Below, in pieces: positions 7,892 through 16,679 of a DNA stretch of 24,554 nt. The notes beneath the pieces are model-generated. The model saw only the letters and a program-made list of their open reading frames with translations. It searched no databases and was not told the origin of the DNA. Each line of letters opens with the position of its first letter. Position 1 is the stretch's first letter. Both the position numbers and the translations under genes were made by a program. Source of the DNA: an uncultured archaeon (lineage in GTDB: Archaea > Iainarchaeota > Iainarchaeia > Iainarchaeales > 0-14-0-20-30-16); contig CAYZSS010000008.1 in assembly GCA_964480435.1 (NCBI GenBank), forward strand, positions 1 to 24,554, read 5' to 3'.

Positions 7892-8845
7892 ATGGCAAAT
7901 ATTTGTCCATCATGTAATTCAAAAAATGTAAAAAAGGATAAGGAAAAAGGGGAAATCATTTGTTATGATTGTGGAAACGTATTTGACGATAACATAAATC
8001 TAGCAAAAGAATGGAGAACCTTTGATTCAAGCGAGTATAATAAAAAAGCAAGGTCCGGAAGCCCAATGCAGTATTCCAAGCTAAACAAAGGAATCTCAAC
8101 TATGATTGAGATGGGTGGAAGAGACGCAAGAGGAAACAAGTTATCAAGCGATACAAAAGCTCAAATGTATAGAATAGCCAGATGGCACAAGAGAACAACA
8201 GTATCAAACTCTTTGCAAAGAAATCTATCTATTGCATTAACAGAGTTAAGAAGGATTGCATCATACCTAAATATACCTGAGCCATTAATTGAAAAGGCAG
8301 CATTACTATACAGAAAAACAGTAGATAAAGAATTAATTAGAGGAAGACTAATTGAATCCGTTGTTGCTGCTGTTCTATATGCTGTTTGTAGAGAATCAAA
8401 TGTTCCAAGAACATTAAATGAAATGGCAGAAGCATCAGGAATAAGCAAAAAAGATATTGGAAGAACATATAGATTCCTAACCAAAGAATTAGAACTACAT
8501 GTTCCACTAACAAACCCTATCTATTATATTCCTAGATTCACATCTGAATTAGGATTAAGTGGAGAGGTTCAAGAAGAAGCAAGAAAAACTCTTCAAAAAG
8601 CAATTGAACAAGGTTTAATCTCTGGAAGAGGTCCAACAGGTGTTGCAGCTGCTGCGGTTTATATTGCTGCCCTAATTAAAGGGGAAAGAAGAACCCAAAA
8701 GCAGGTTGCCAATGTTGCAGGTGTAACTGAAGTAACAATAAGGAACAGATATAGAGAACTAAAAGAAAGGTTAGGACTAGAAGTCGAAGATGACTTTATT
8801 AATATAGGCACAGATATAAGCCATGAACCAGAAGAAGACATATAG
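7892..8845 (+). CDS. tfb: Transcription initiation factor IIB (TFB)
   Basis: N-terminal Zn ribbon CPSCNS...CYDCG is followed by two cyclin-fold repeats (LTELRRIASYLNIP...; RFTSELGLSGEVQEEARK...GRGPTGVAAAAVYIAA) and a C-terminal HTH-like QKQVANVAGVTEVTIRNRYREL. I placed the start at ATG 7892 (MANICPSC), 3 nt after AGGAGTGATC (7879-7888). ORF-track residues 1-26 are low-complexity. Stop is TAG. Confidence 0.95.
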   Translation: MANICPSCNSKNVKKDKEKGEIICYDCGNVFDDNINLAKEWRTFDSSEYNKKARSGSPMQYSKLNKGISTMIEMGGRDARGNKLSSDTKAQMYRIARWHKRTTVSNSLQRNLSIALTELRRIASYLNIPEPLIEKAALLYRKTVDKELIRGRLIESVVAAVLYAVCRESNVPRTLNEMAEASGISKKDIGRTYRFLTKELELHVPLTNPIYYIPRFTSELGLSGEVQEEARKTLQKAIEQGLISGRGPTGVAAAAVYIAALIKGERRTQKQVANVAGVTEVTIRNRYRELKERLGLEVEDDFINIGTDISHEPEEDI

Positions 8846-8854
8846 TTCAAATTC

Positions 8855-8876
8855 TTCTTTTCTTTTTTTATTTTTT
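8855..8876 (+). terminator. Oligo-T tract downstream of tfb
   Basis: A T7 run (8863-8869) and a T6 run (8871-8876) lie within 31 nt of the tfb stop codon. Archaeal terminators are typically oligo-T. Confidence 0.4.
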
Positions 8877-8880
8877 AGAT

Positions 8881-9705
8881 TTATTTTGGTTTTCGTAAAT
8901 TTCTTGTCCATTCTTTAAATCTTGTCAGTTTATTTGGTCTTTGCATTTTTTCAATATGTTCTTGCAAAATAGTTCTTAATTCTACAGGACCTTTATCAAT
9001 AAGTTCCTTTAGAGGTCCAATCTGTTTTTCTTTTCTTGAAACTTTTAAAATCGCCAAACTTGCAAGTATACGCACTTCTTTATTAAATAATTCCTTATGT
9101 GTTGCAATAAACATCAACCCAGGAATATTATAAAAATATTTTAACTTTCTTATCGTATTTTTTATTTCTTTTATACTTTTGGTCCTAAAAAAACCTGCTG
9201 TTGCCTGCCTTATTGGTTCAGGAATATTATGGTCCAAACACAATCTTATTTGCAAATACAAACCTAACTTAGAAACATGTCCAATTAGATTATTAATGAT
9301 TGTTTCTTTTACCCTAGGAGCAATAAAATTATTTTCAGAACTTAGTAGAAATTTAATTATATTGCTATTATCATCATTAATTAAAAGAGGATTAAAAGAT
9401 AACAAATTTCTAATTAATCTGTTTTTTATATAAGTCCTTTGTCTTATACTAAGAGTTTCATCTATTGCTAAATTATATAGTTCATTAATATCACCATAAA
9501 CATCTGAAGTAATTATTTTTGCAAACAGATCTCTATCAAAATTAGGCAATAATTCTTCAGAATGAACTATTCTAATAACACCATCAGAGTCAGTAAAACT
9601 AAATACTATTTGCCCATTTACCCGGTGCACAGTTACATCTTTATATTCCTGTTTCAATAATTTTAATTCTTCAGCATATTCAGAATCATTAACCACATAT
9701 ACCAC
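8881..9705 (-). CDS. Hypothetical soluble alpha-helical protein (possible HEAT/ARM-like repeats)
   Basis: 274 aa with no TM helix or signal peptide. Segments such as PEPIRQATAGFF and NKEVRILASLAILKV resemble HEAT-type repeats. The GTG start overlaps the Nudix TAG by 1 nt, which suggests translational coupling. The C-terminus is basic. Confidence 0.55.
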   Translation of the reverse strand: MVYVVNDSEYAEELKLLKQEYKDVTVHRVNGQIVFSFTDSDGVIRIVHSEELLPNFDRDLFAKIITSDVYGDINELYNLAIDETLSIRQRTYIKNRLIRNLLSFNPLLINDDNSNIIKFLLSSENNFIAPRVKETIINNLIGHVSKLGLYLQIRLCLDHNIPEPIRQATAGFFRTKSIKEIKNTIRKLKYFYNIPGLMFIATHKELFNKEVRILASLAILKVSRKEKQIGPLKELIDKGPVELRTILQEHIEKMQRPNKLTRFKEWTRNLRKPK

Positions 9706-10142
9706 TATTTCTTTTTATTTCCACCAATCTGACCCAGCATAATTATTGCTAAATAGTTCTTTATCATTTTCAAATGGTCAAAGCCTATTTCATATTTTCC
9801 CAAGTCATCAATAGAAATCCAATCTATACTTTCAACTTCATCTTCTTTTATTTGCTTTTTTCCAGCAGACCAAGCACAGATATATACAAGACTTACATAA
9901 TGCCCTCTGGGGTCTCTTAAAGGATCATCATAAGCCCCTAAAGTGGCAATTACAGTAACATCATACCCTGTTTCTTCTTTTATCTCTCTTACTATTGCAT
10001 TTCTTGTTGTTTCACCAAATTCTACATGCCCACCAGGTAAAACATATTTCCCACTAAAAGGATCTTTCTTTCTTTTCAAAAGTAAAATTTTATTATTTTG
10101 CATTACAATTCCATCAACTACTAACACCGGTTTCTTTTCCAT
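9705..10142 (-). CDS. Nudix hydrolase
   Basis: Nudix box GGHVEFGETTRNAIVREIKEETG (9966-10031). I placed the start at ATG 10142 (MEKKPVLVVDG), 4 nt after the TGA-TAA of the upstream gene and behind GGTGAT. Stop is TAG. Confidence 0.9.
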   Translation of the reverse strand: MEKKPVLVVDGIVMQNNKILLLKRKKDPFSGKYVLPGGHVEFGETTRNAIVREIKEETGYDVTVIATLGAYDDPLRDPRGHYVSLVYICAWSAGKKQIKEDEVESIDWISIDDLGKYEIGFDHLKMIKNYLAIIMLGQIGGNKKK

Positions 10143-10146
10143 TTTA

Positions 10147-10659
10147 TCACCCAAATTCAATATTACAATTTGTGTCACAATTATTGCTCGTATCTCCAGG
10201 GGTACAAGTTATTTTCACATCAGACTCTATATCCTGCTCTATCACTAAGCCCCCTAAATCATCCTCAGTAATAACTGATTTTTTCGAAGTTAAGTCTAAG
10301 CAATATTCAGGCATATTTGTTTCTTCAGACAGATATTTTTTTGTAAATTGTGCTCCTTTCTTTAGAATAACATTCTCTACTATATATGGCTCACCAGTAG
10401 GAGCCTTAACAGCATATTTTATATTTGTCATTAAAGATTCATCAGAGAGATATGATTTCTGATCATCCATTTTCTGTATTAAAACATAAACAATAGCAAT
10501 AATTATCATACCAACAATTGCACCAATAAGTAATTGAAATACAAAACTTTCCTGCCCACCTGCCTTTTTATAAAAAGGCAAGTTGCGAAAAAGACCATAT
10601 CTTCGTGACTCTGTCACTTGATATTCAGGATTATTTTGTTTTTTGTTGTTATTTTTCAT
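10147..10659 (-). CDS. Putative type IV pilin-like / class III signal-peptide protein with a Cys-containing C-terminal domain
   Basis: I placed the start at ATG 10659 (MKNNNKK), 1 nt after the platform gene stop. A polar, basic leader ends in FYKKAGG. It is followed by QESFVFQLLIGAIVGMIIIAIVYVLI, a single 23-aa hydrophobic helix, and then an extracytoplasmic domain with four Cys (EYC, ITC, NNC, TNC). The position next to an ATPase and platform supports a pilin role. The leader is unusually long, so a plain N-in signal anchor remains possible. Confidence 0.45.
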   Translation of the reverse strand: MKNNNKKQNNPEYQVTESRRYGLFRNLPFYKKAGGQESFVFQLLIGAIVGMIIIAIVYVLIQKMDDQKSYLSDESLMTNIKYAVKAPTGEPYIVENVILKKGAQFTKKYLSEETNMPEYCLDLTSKKSVITEDDLGGLVIEQDIESDVKITCTPGDTSNNCDTNCNIEFG

Positions 10660-10660
10660 G

Positions 10661-12934
10661 CTAACCAAACCCCCCCACCATAGCACCAGCAGCAATTGCA
10701 GCAACAATAAATATTACCACAGCAATAGGCAAGGTCTTTGCAATTAATAATTTAGTTTCTAAAATATTATCTTCCATTATCAAACTAACAAAATATGCCA
10801 AAATTATTACAATAAGAATTACATTAATTGTTATTATTACTAAAAACGCAGCAGGAGTGGCAATATTTCCTATAGCACCCTGATTAAAAGATCCCGCTAA
10901 TTTAGAAAAGTCCATTCCCGACATACCTTCCGGAGTATTTTCCCCCATCTTTGCAAGATTACCACCAAGCCCAGAGGAAGTTAAAGAATACAGAGTAAGC
11001 ACAATAATTTTTTGTAAGCTCACAGTAATACCCAATACAGCAGGAGCAATAAATGTTGCCATAGTAGCAAGCATTTCAGAAATATCAGAAATAACTTTTT
11101 TTATTAATTCTTTTATTTCTAAAATATTTTTTATTTGTATTGAAATAGAAAATGCTGTTTTTGCAGCTGTATGCGGGCCCAAAACAACAGAGTCACAAAG
11201 AATTTTAAAAGAATTATTTAGTTGTAAAGAAGGATTATTTTTCATTGATCCAAACATTGGATCGAATAAAGCCTGTTCCAGAGGTAGCCCTAATAAATTA
11301 ATATTATCCATTGTTTTTGCAAATAAATCCTGACTTATTGTTAATTCGGGGAAAAAATCTTTTGTTTTTTGCAAGGCATCTTCAATGGGTTTTCCTTCTG
11401 AAAGTCTAGAAGATAAAATATACAGTACTTCTCTAAACTCATCTTCCATTTTTACATAATAACTTTGAACTTCTTTTTTGTAAATTGCTGAAAAATAAAA
11501 ATAAATAAACAAACAAAAAGCAAGGGTTAAGGCCAAACCATAAATAACAAATAAAGGAGTAGTATCATGACCGGGTTGCATCATAAAGAGTAGTTTTTGT
11601 CCTCCTATCGCCTCCGCCATATATGCAGTATCATTTATTTTATCAGGGTTAGTTGACATTACTTGGCTTTCAGCTAAAAGCTGAAAATACAGATTAGGAT
11701 TATCGATATATTTTTGTTCAAATTGTTCTGCTGTCATTATATTTTGAAGTGTATTTCCAAAAGCAACCTGTAATAAAACAGAAACAATAATTCCAACTAC
11801 AAAAATAAATCCAATAACTAATTTAATATTAATTTGTATTTTACCTATCCTCATATTTCCTTTTTTTGGCAGACCAGGATAACTATCAGGAATCACAGGT
11901 GGTTTATAAATTCTCGGAACTTTTTTTATTATATATAATGCAAATACAAAACACATCCCAGGAATAAAAAGATCATAAATTAATACCAAAACCCACGCCT
12001 TAGCAAACGGAAGATTTGCAAACACAGATCCAATTGGCAAAATAACAATTAAAAGCAACGGAAGCAAAACCCCAAGATAAAATAACATTAAAGACGGTTG
12101 TGACAAAGACCGTGTGTAACCCTCCATTTTTATTTTTATAGAATCCAATACAGAGCTTATACTTTTATCCAACATATCCGCTCTTTTTTCTTCATCATCC
12201 TCAACCATAGAAGATTTTATTAGCATTATTGCCTCTTTAAATTCAGGAGAATAAGTTTTCCATCTATATGCTAATATTTCCAGACCTTCAGCAACAGTGT
12301 TGTAAATTCCAATATGTGTATTCCATAAAACTTTTTTTAGATCTTCTGCCAATTTCCCTTTTCCCCGTAATGCTGCAAAACTTACTGCTCTTTCCAGATT
12401 AGAGCTTAATTTCATAGACATTGCAAGATAGCTAATTATTTCAGGAACATAAGATAGTGCTTGCCTTGCTTCCTGTTCTGCAGAAAAAATGGGGTATTGC
12501 ATCATCAAATAAACTGCTGCGCCAGCAATACCACCAAACACAGCCAACAAAATAATTATAAGTGTCATGGTGCTTAAAACCTCTGCAAATATAGCACCAA
12601 AAACAAAAAAACCAACAAGCATTAAAACAAAGGCAATAATTATTGAAAATATAGTTACTACCTTTATCCCCGCATTAAGTTCTTCAGGCCCCAAATTCCA
12701 ACCTAAAAAATCCAAAGCATCCTGGTATTTTTTTGAAATGTTTTTATCTTTAAAATTAGGAAACTGCTTTGCAAGTTTTTTACAAAAAGCAACATACCAA
12801 ATATCCTTTTCAATTACTTGTTTTTCTTCATCCTCGAAGGAGATCCCCTCGCCTTTAATTCCCCTATAAAGTTTTCCCATGTTCATATCTAAATTTGGAA
12901 CCGGCATAGTTTCACTTCTTTTATATTTTATCAT
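10661..12934 (-). CDS. Large polytopic type-IV-filament platform protein (FlaJ/TadBC-like, two T2SS-F-type repeats fused)
   Basis: 757 aa. There are two cytoplasmic helical modules (ARQALSYVPEIISYLAMSMKLSSNLERAV...; FREVLYILSSRLSEGKPIEDALQK...), each followed by clusters of TM helices. It lies immediately downstream of the ATPase. ATG 12934 overlaps the ATPase end by 14 nt; the alternative ATG 12907 follows AAGTGA. Confidence 0.7.
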   Translation of the reverse strand: MIKYKRSETMPVPNLDMNMGKLYRGIKGEGISFEDEEKQVIEKDIWYVAFCKKLAKQFPNFKDKNISKKYQDALDFLGWNLGPEELNAGIKVVTIFSIIIAFVLMLVGFFVFGAIFAEVLSTMTLIIILLAVFGGIAGAAVYLMMQYPIFSAEQEARQALSYVPEIISYLAMSMKLSSNLERAVSFAALRGKGKLAEDLKKVLWNTHIGIYNTVAEGLEILAYRWKTYSPEFKEAIMLIKSSMVEDDEEKRADMLDKSISSVLDSIKIKMEGYTRSLSQPSLMLFYLGVLLPLLLIVILPIGSVFANLPFAKAWVLVLIYDLFIPGMCFVFALYIIKKVPRIYKPPVIPDSYPGLPKKGNMRIGKIQINIKLVIGFIFVVGIIVSVLLQVAFGNTLQNIMTAEQFEQKYIDNPNLYFQLLAESQVMSTNPDKINDTAYMAEAIGGQKLLFMMQPGHDTTPLFVIYGLALTLAFCLFIYFYFSAIYKKEVQSYYVKMEDEFREVLYILSSRLSEGKPIEDALQKTKDFFPELTISQDLFAKTMDNINLLGLPLEQALFDPMFGSMKNNPSLQLNNSFKILCDSVVLGPHTAAKTAFSISIQIKNILEIKELIKKVISDISEMLATMATFIAPAVLGITVSLQKIIVLTLYSLTSSGLGGNLAKMGENTPEGMSGMDFSKLAGSFNQGAIGNIATPAAFLVIITINVILIVIILAYFVSLIMEDNILETKLLIAKTLPIAVVIFIVAAIAAGAMVGGFG

Positions 12935-15212
12935 ACTTTTTTTTCAGATATGGCACAAAATCCTTATCCACCCATACTTTCCAGGTATCATATAGTTCTG
13001 TCCAATCTAACTCTTTCTCATCCATTTGTTTTTCCCTAAATAATCTCATACTGGTATTTGCAAGAGTTGTGTTTTCTGCTTCAAGAAGATCAGGGAACTC
13101 AAGTTTTTTTCTTAAATCAACAAGATATTGTTTTGTTTTTGCAAGCATACTTATTTCTTTCCACACCTGGTCCATATTTAATCCACTTACTTTCTGGATT
13201 TTATTAAACAATTCTGAATCTTTTAAATTATCCTCTAACAATTCAATTGAATCTTTTTTTGCATCATAAGACATTAAATCTAGTAACCCACCTTCTTCTT
13301 CAGGGTCATTATTCCAATGCTTTCTTACTTCCGTTATCTGAACAAGTCTTCTGTTCCTTTTCAAAGATCCTTTAAATCTAATTGGCCTAGAAACAGTAAC
13401 AATATCTGTTGCCTTAAATGAAGTAGTAGGCACATCTAAATCATTAACTACTCTATCCCATACTGAATATGCAGAATCTCCGTGGATTGATCCCATAACA
13501 ACATTTCCTGCTGCACCAACCCTCATAGCCTCATAAAGTACTTTTGCTTCTTTACTTCTTACTTCTCCAAGAATTATTGCACTATCTCCTAATCTTAGTG
13601 CTGTTCTTAATGCTTCATCCGGCGGAACTTCCACACCTACTTTTGCACTAGTAATTGCAGACTGTGTTTTTAATCTTTGGATATTAAATCCAATATTTTT
13701 CATATACATAGCAGGTATTTCCAGAGTATCTTCCTGCAACAGAATCCTGGCATTTTGTGGAATCTCCAACATTAATGCACTTAATAAAGATGTTTTTCCA
13801 CTTCCTCTTGATCCAGCTACTAAAATTGTAGATTGCATATCTACTAAAAAACTCATTAGACCAGCAGACAACGAATTCATACAATTTACATCTATAAGCT
13901 GTGGCAAAGTCCAAGGAGTTGTTTTATGTAGCCTAAATGCAAAGGCAGGGCCATCAGGAGATAAAGGAGGGCCAATAATTGCTACACGAGTTTCAAAATC
14001 AGGCAGGTCATAATCCAATACAGGGTGTGTTTCATCAAAAGGCCTTCCACTTTGGGATCTTATTTTTGAAATTACTGATTCTGCTTCTTTATTACTATAA
14101 AGAATATTTGTTTTACAAGAACCAAATTTAGAATGTATAATTTTTATTGGTTTATCACCAATAGGAGCATCAACATAAAAATCAGTCATGTTCTTATCAG
14201 AAAGCAATATTTCCAGTATACCATAACCCACAGTATATCTTGCAACTATTTCTGATAATGATTTTTCCTGTTCCAAGGTTAAAGGAATATTATTAGCTTT
14301 TGCAACCCCTTTTATTGTTGTTAAAAATACTCTTTCAAAATAATCTCTAGACTTAGCACCAGATGAAAACATTGCGCTCCCAGGTTTATATTCTGCCACT
14401 ACTTCCCTTGTTTTACTTATTACAAAATATTTTTCAGGAGTTAAAGAATATTCAGGTGGGTTAGCAATATACAAATACTCCACACTATCTGGTTGTTTAA
14501 ATATTTGAATTTGTGTATTTCCAACCATATACTCATCAACTAAAACTAGACCTTCAATATCTCCAAAAAGCAACCTTGACCCAATAAAAGATGGTTTTAT
14601 TTCAGCACTAAAGAAATACCTATAAAGCTGACTGGTGTCAGGAATATTTGATAATTTTTGCAAGTAATCTTTTACTTTTTTTATTAATTCGGTTTTTTCA
14701 AGATTTTGATAAATATAAACTAAGGTCTCGATATATGGCATTGCCCCTTTTTTATATTTCTCACCAAGCTTTGAAAATCTCATTTTTTCTTTATTTATTT
14801 CATCAACAGTATAAAGATAAGCCAAGATAGGATCTGATAACAGATATTCATTCGCTATTTTTACTACAACAGAATGTCTATTTGCAGTATATTGTTCATT
14901 TTCATCCGTACCATCAGAAAGATGCTCCGGCCCCCATAAACCTTGTGCAATAAAATTAGCATACAAATCCCCAATTTGTTTTAATAAATTGGTTTGTTCC
15001 GGGTTATATACTCTTTCATATACATCTGCTAAGACAACCATATCCGCTTTTTGCTTTGCTAAAAAAGTAATTGCGTGAAGCCTACAAGCCTTATCATCAG
15101 CTAAAGAGGTAGAGTAGATACAGTTTTTACAATTAAATATTAAGTGATCTTTGTTGTTTATGTTCTTATAAATTGCATTTCCTACCTTGTATCCACCAAT
15201 GATCATAAACAT
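12921..15212 (-). CDS. Type II/IV secretion system ATPase with a ~400-aa N-terminal extension (FlaI/PilB-like), locus 2
   Basis: Walker A AGSRGSGKTS (13788-13814), Asp box ILLQEDTLEI, Walker B SAIILGEVR, His box GSIHG. The N-terminal region carries FNCKNCIYSTSLADDKACRLH. The ORF-track start is GTG 15215 and the adjacent ATG is at 15212. Stop is TAA. Confidence 0.9.
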   Translation of the reverse strand: MFMIIGGYKVGNAIYKNINNKDHLIFNCKNCIYSTSLADDKACRLHAITFLAKQKADMVVLADVYERVYNPEQTNLLKQIGDLYANFIAQGLWGPEHLSDGTDENEQYTANRHSVVVKIANEYLLSDPILAYLYTVDEINKEKMRFSKLGEKYKKGAMPYIETLVYIYQNLEKTELIKKVKDYLQKLSNIPDTSQLYRYFFSAEIKPSFIGSRLLFGDIEGLVLVDEYMVGNTQIQIFKQPDSVEYLYIANPPEYSLTPEKYFVISKTREVVAEYKPGSAMFSSGAKSRDYFERVFLTTIKGVAKANNIPLTLEQEKSLSEIVARYTVGYGILEILLSDKNMTDFYVDAPIGDKPIKIIHSKFGSCKTNILYSNKEAESVISKIRSQSGRPFDETHPVLDYDLPDFETRVAIIGPPLSPDGPAFAFRLHKTTPWTLPQLIDVNCMNSLSAGLMSFLVDMQSTILVAGSRGSGKTSLLSALMLEIPQNARILLQEDTLEIPAMYMKNIGFNIQRLKTQSAITSAKVGVEVPPDEALRTALRLGDSAIILGEVRSKEAKVLYEAMRVGAAGNVVMGSIHGDSAYSVWDRVVNDLDVPTTSFKATDIVTVSRPIRFKGSLKRNRRLVQITEVRKHWNNDPEEEGGLLDLMSYDAKKDSIELLEDNLKDSELFNKIQKVSGLNMDQVWKEISMLAKTKQYLVDLRKKLEFPDLLEAENTTLANTSMRLFREKQMDEKELDWTELYDTWKVWVDKDFVPYLKKKYDKI

Positions 15213-15295
15213 CACAAAATATATACTAATATAATATAACTTAAAACGTAAATAATAGCAATTGTTTATTTATATTTGTTTCTATAAGATATTGT

Positions 15296-15649
15296 ATGTT
15301 TTTAGCCCATTATATTATTCCACTAGTAATTTATATTTTTTACAGAAAAAAAGAAGTATTATTTTTGTTATTTGGAAATCTAATTGATCTTGACCATATT
15401 TTCTATAGAATGATAGGCAAAGTTGACTGGTTTGGATCTGCCTGCGGAAAAATAGGGCAACAATGTAGCTGGAATTTTTATCCGTTACATAATCTATATT
15501 CACTTTTTTTTGGTTTTGCTCTGTTTTTCATGGGTTTGATAACATACAAAAAGTATGAATACTCAAAATACATTATGTTTTTAGGATTAGGCATAGTATT
15601 ACATCTTACCTTAGACCTAATTCATCAATTCACAGGATTTGCATTTTAG
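15296..15649 (+). CDS. Small polytopic membrane protein, possibly a membrane-bound metal-dependent hydrolase-like protein (YdjM/DUF457-like)
   Basis: 117 aa with 3-4 hydrophobic segments. His/Asp-containing motifs NLIDLDHIF and HLTLDLIH are present. Assignment of function is weak. Confidence 0.4.
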   Translation: MFLAHYIIPLVIYIFYRKKEVLFLLFGNLIDLDHIFYRMIGKVDWFGSACGKIGQQCSWNFYPLHNLYSLFFGFALFFMGLITYKKYEYSKYIMFLGLGIVLHLTLDLIHQFTGFAF

Positions 15650-15656
15650 CTTAAGG

Positions 15657-15664
15657 TTATAAAG
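15657..15664 (+). promoter_or_regulatory. Candidate TATA box for the rubrerythrin/desulfoferrodoxin cluster, followed by a TTAATTAA palindrome
   Basis: TTATAAAG lies about 25-30 nt upstream of the GTG/TTG start region. The 8-bp palindrome TTAATTAA at 15672-15679 lies between the TATA box and the start, where an operator could sit. This is purely positional inference. Confidence 0.3.
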
Positions 15665-15687
15665 ATTGTTTTTAATTAATATTAGAG

Positions 15688-16266
15688 GTGGTTTTTTTGA
15701 AAACATTGGAAAACCTTACAAAAGCATTCATTGGAGAGTGTATGGCAAGAAACCGTTATACTTTTTATTCAAAAGCAGCACTAAAAGAAGGGTATGACCA
15801 AATTGCAGAGATATTTACTCTTACTGCTGAACAAGAAAAAGAACATGCAAGTTGGCTGTTTAAACTAATAAACGAATTAAAAAAAGGAAATGAAGACATA
15901 GTTGTCGATTCCTCAGCCCCAACTACTTTTGGAAATACTATAGAAAATCTAAAAGCAGCCATAGCTGGAGAAAACCATGAATATACAGAAATGTATCCGG
16001 AATTTGCAGATATAGCTGAAAAAGAAGGATTCCCAAAAATTGCAAATAGGTTACGAGCAATAGCTATTGCTGAAAAACACCACAAAGAAAGATACGAAAA
16101 AATACTTACTGAACTAGAAAACAAAACATTATTTGATAAAAAAGAAAAGACAACCTGGACCTGTAGAAAATGTGGGTATACACACACAGGAAATTCACCG
16201 CCAGATGAATGCCCATCATGTGGACATGCAAAAAATTATTTTGAAAAAAATTGCGAGGAGTATTAG
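15688..16266 (+). CDS. rbr: Rubrerythrin (ferritin-like diiron domain plus C-terminal rubredoxin-like domain)
   Basis: Diiron ligand motifs [25 protein letters not shown] and [10 protein letters not shown] are present. The C-terminus carries WTCRKCGY...CPSCGH. The start is non-ATG, either GTG 15688 or TTG 15697. The latter lies 6 nt after GAGGTG and gives MKTLENL. Stop is TAG. Confidence 0.93.
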   Translation: MVFLKTLENLTKAFIGECMARNRYTFYSKAALKEGYDQIAEIFTLTAEQEKEHASWLFKLINELKKGNEDIVVDSSAPTTFGNTIENLKAAIAGENHEYTEMYPEFADIAEKEGFPKIANRLRAIAIAEKHHKERYEKILTELENKTLFDKKEKTTWTCRKCGYTHTGNSPPDECPSCGHAKNYFEKNCEEY

Positions 16267-16272
16267 GGTGTT

Positions 16273-16650
16273 ATGATGACTGAATTAAATCAAATATATA
16301 GATGCAACATCTGCGGGAATATTGTTGAAGTAGAACACGAAGGAATAGGTACTTTAGTTTGCTGCAATCAGGAAATGGAACTTTTAAAAGAAGTACGAAC
16401 TGCCGAAGGCCTAGAGAAACATATCCCTGTTATTAAAAAAATTGCAGGTGGTATTGTAGTTAAAGTTGGTTCAATTGCACACCCAATGGAAGAAAAACAT
16501 TATATAGAATTCATTGAACTTTTTGCAGACAACCAAATTTATAAACAATTTTTAAAACCAGGAGATAAACCAGAAGCCACATTTAAAATTACAGCAAAGA
16601 CTCTTTCAGCAAGAGCTTACTGCAATATACACGGACTATGGAAAAAATAA
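16273..16650 (+). CDS. dfx: Desulfoferrodoxin (2Fe superoxide reductase)
   Basis: The N-terminal desulforedoxin-like site is CNICGN...LVCCNQEM (CxxC...CC). The C-terminal SOR centre motifs are EKHIPVI, HPMEEKHYIEFIEL and CNIHGLW. It starts 6 nt after the rbr stop. Confidence 0.93.
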   Translation: MMTELNQIYRCNICGNIVEVEHEGIGTLVCCNQEMELLKEVRTAEGLEKHIPVIKKIAGGIVVKVGSIAHPMEEKHYIEFIELFADNQIYKQFLKPGDKPEATFKITAKTLSARAYCNIHGLWKK

Positions 16651-16679
16651 GATAATTTTTACATTTTAGGAGGAGTAAG

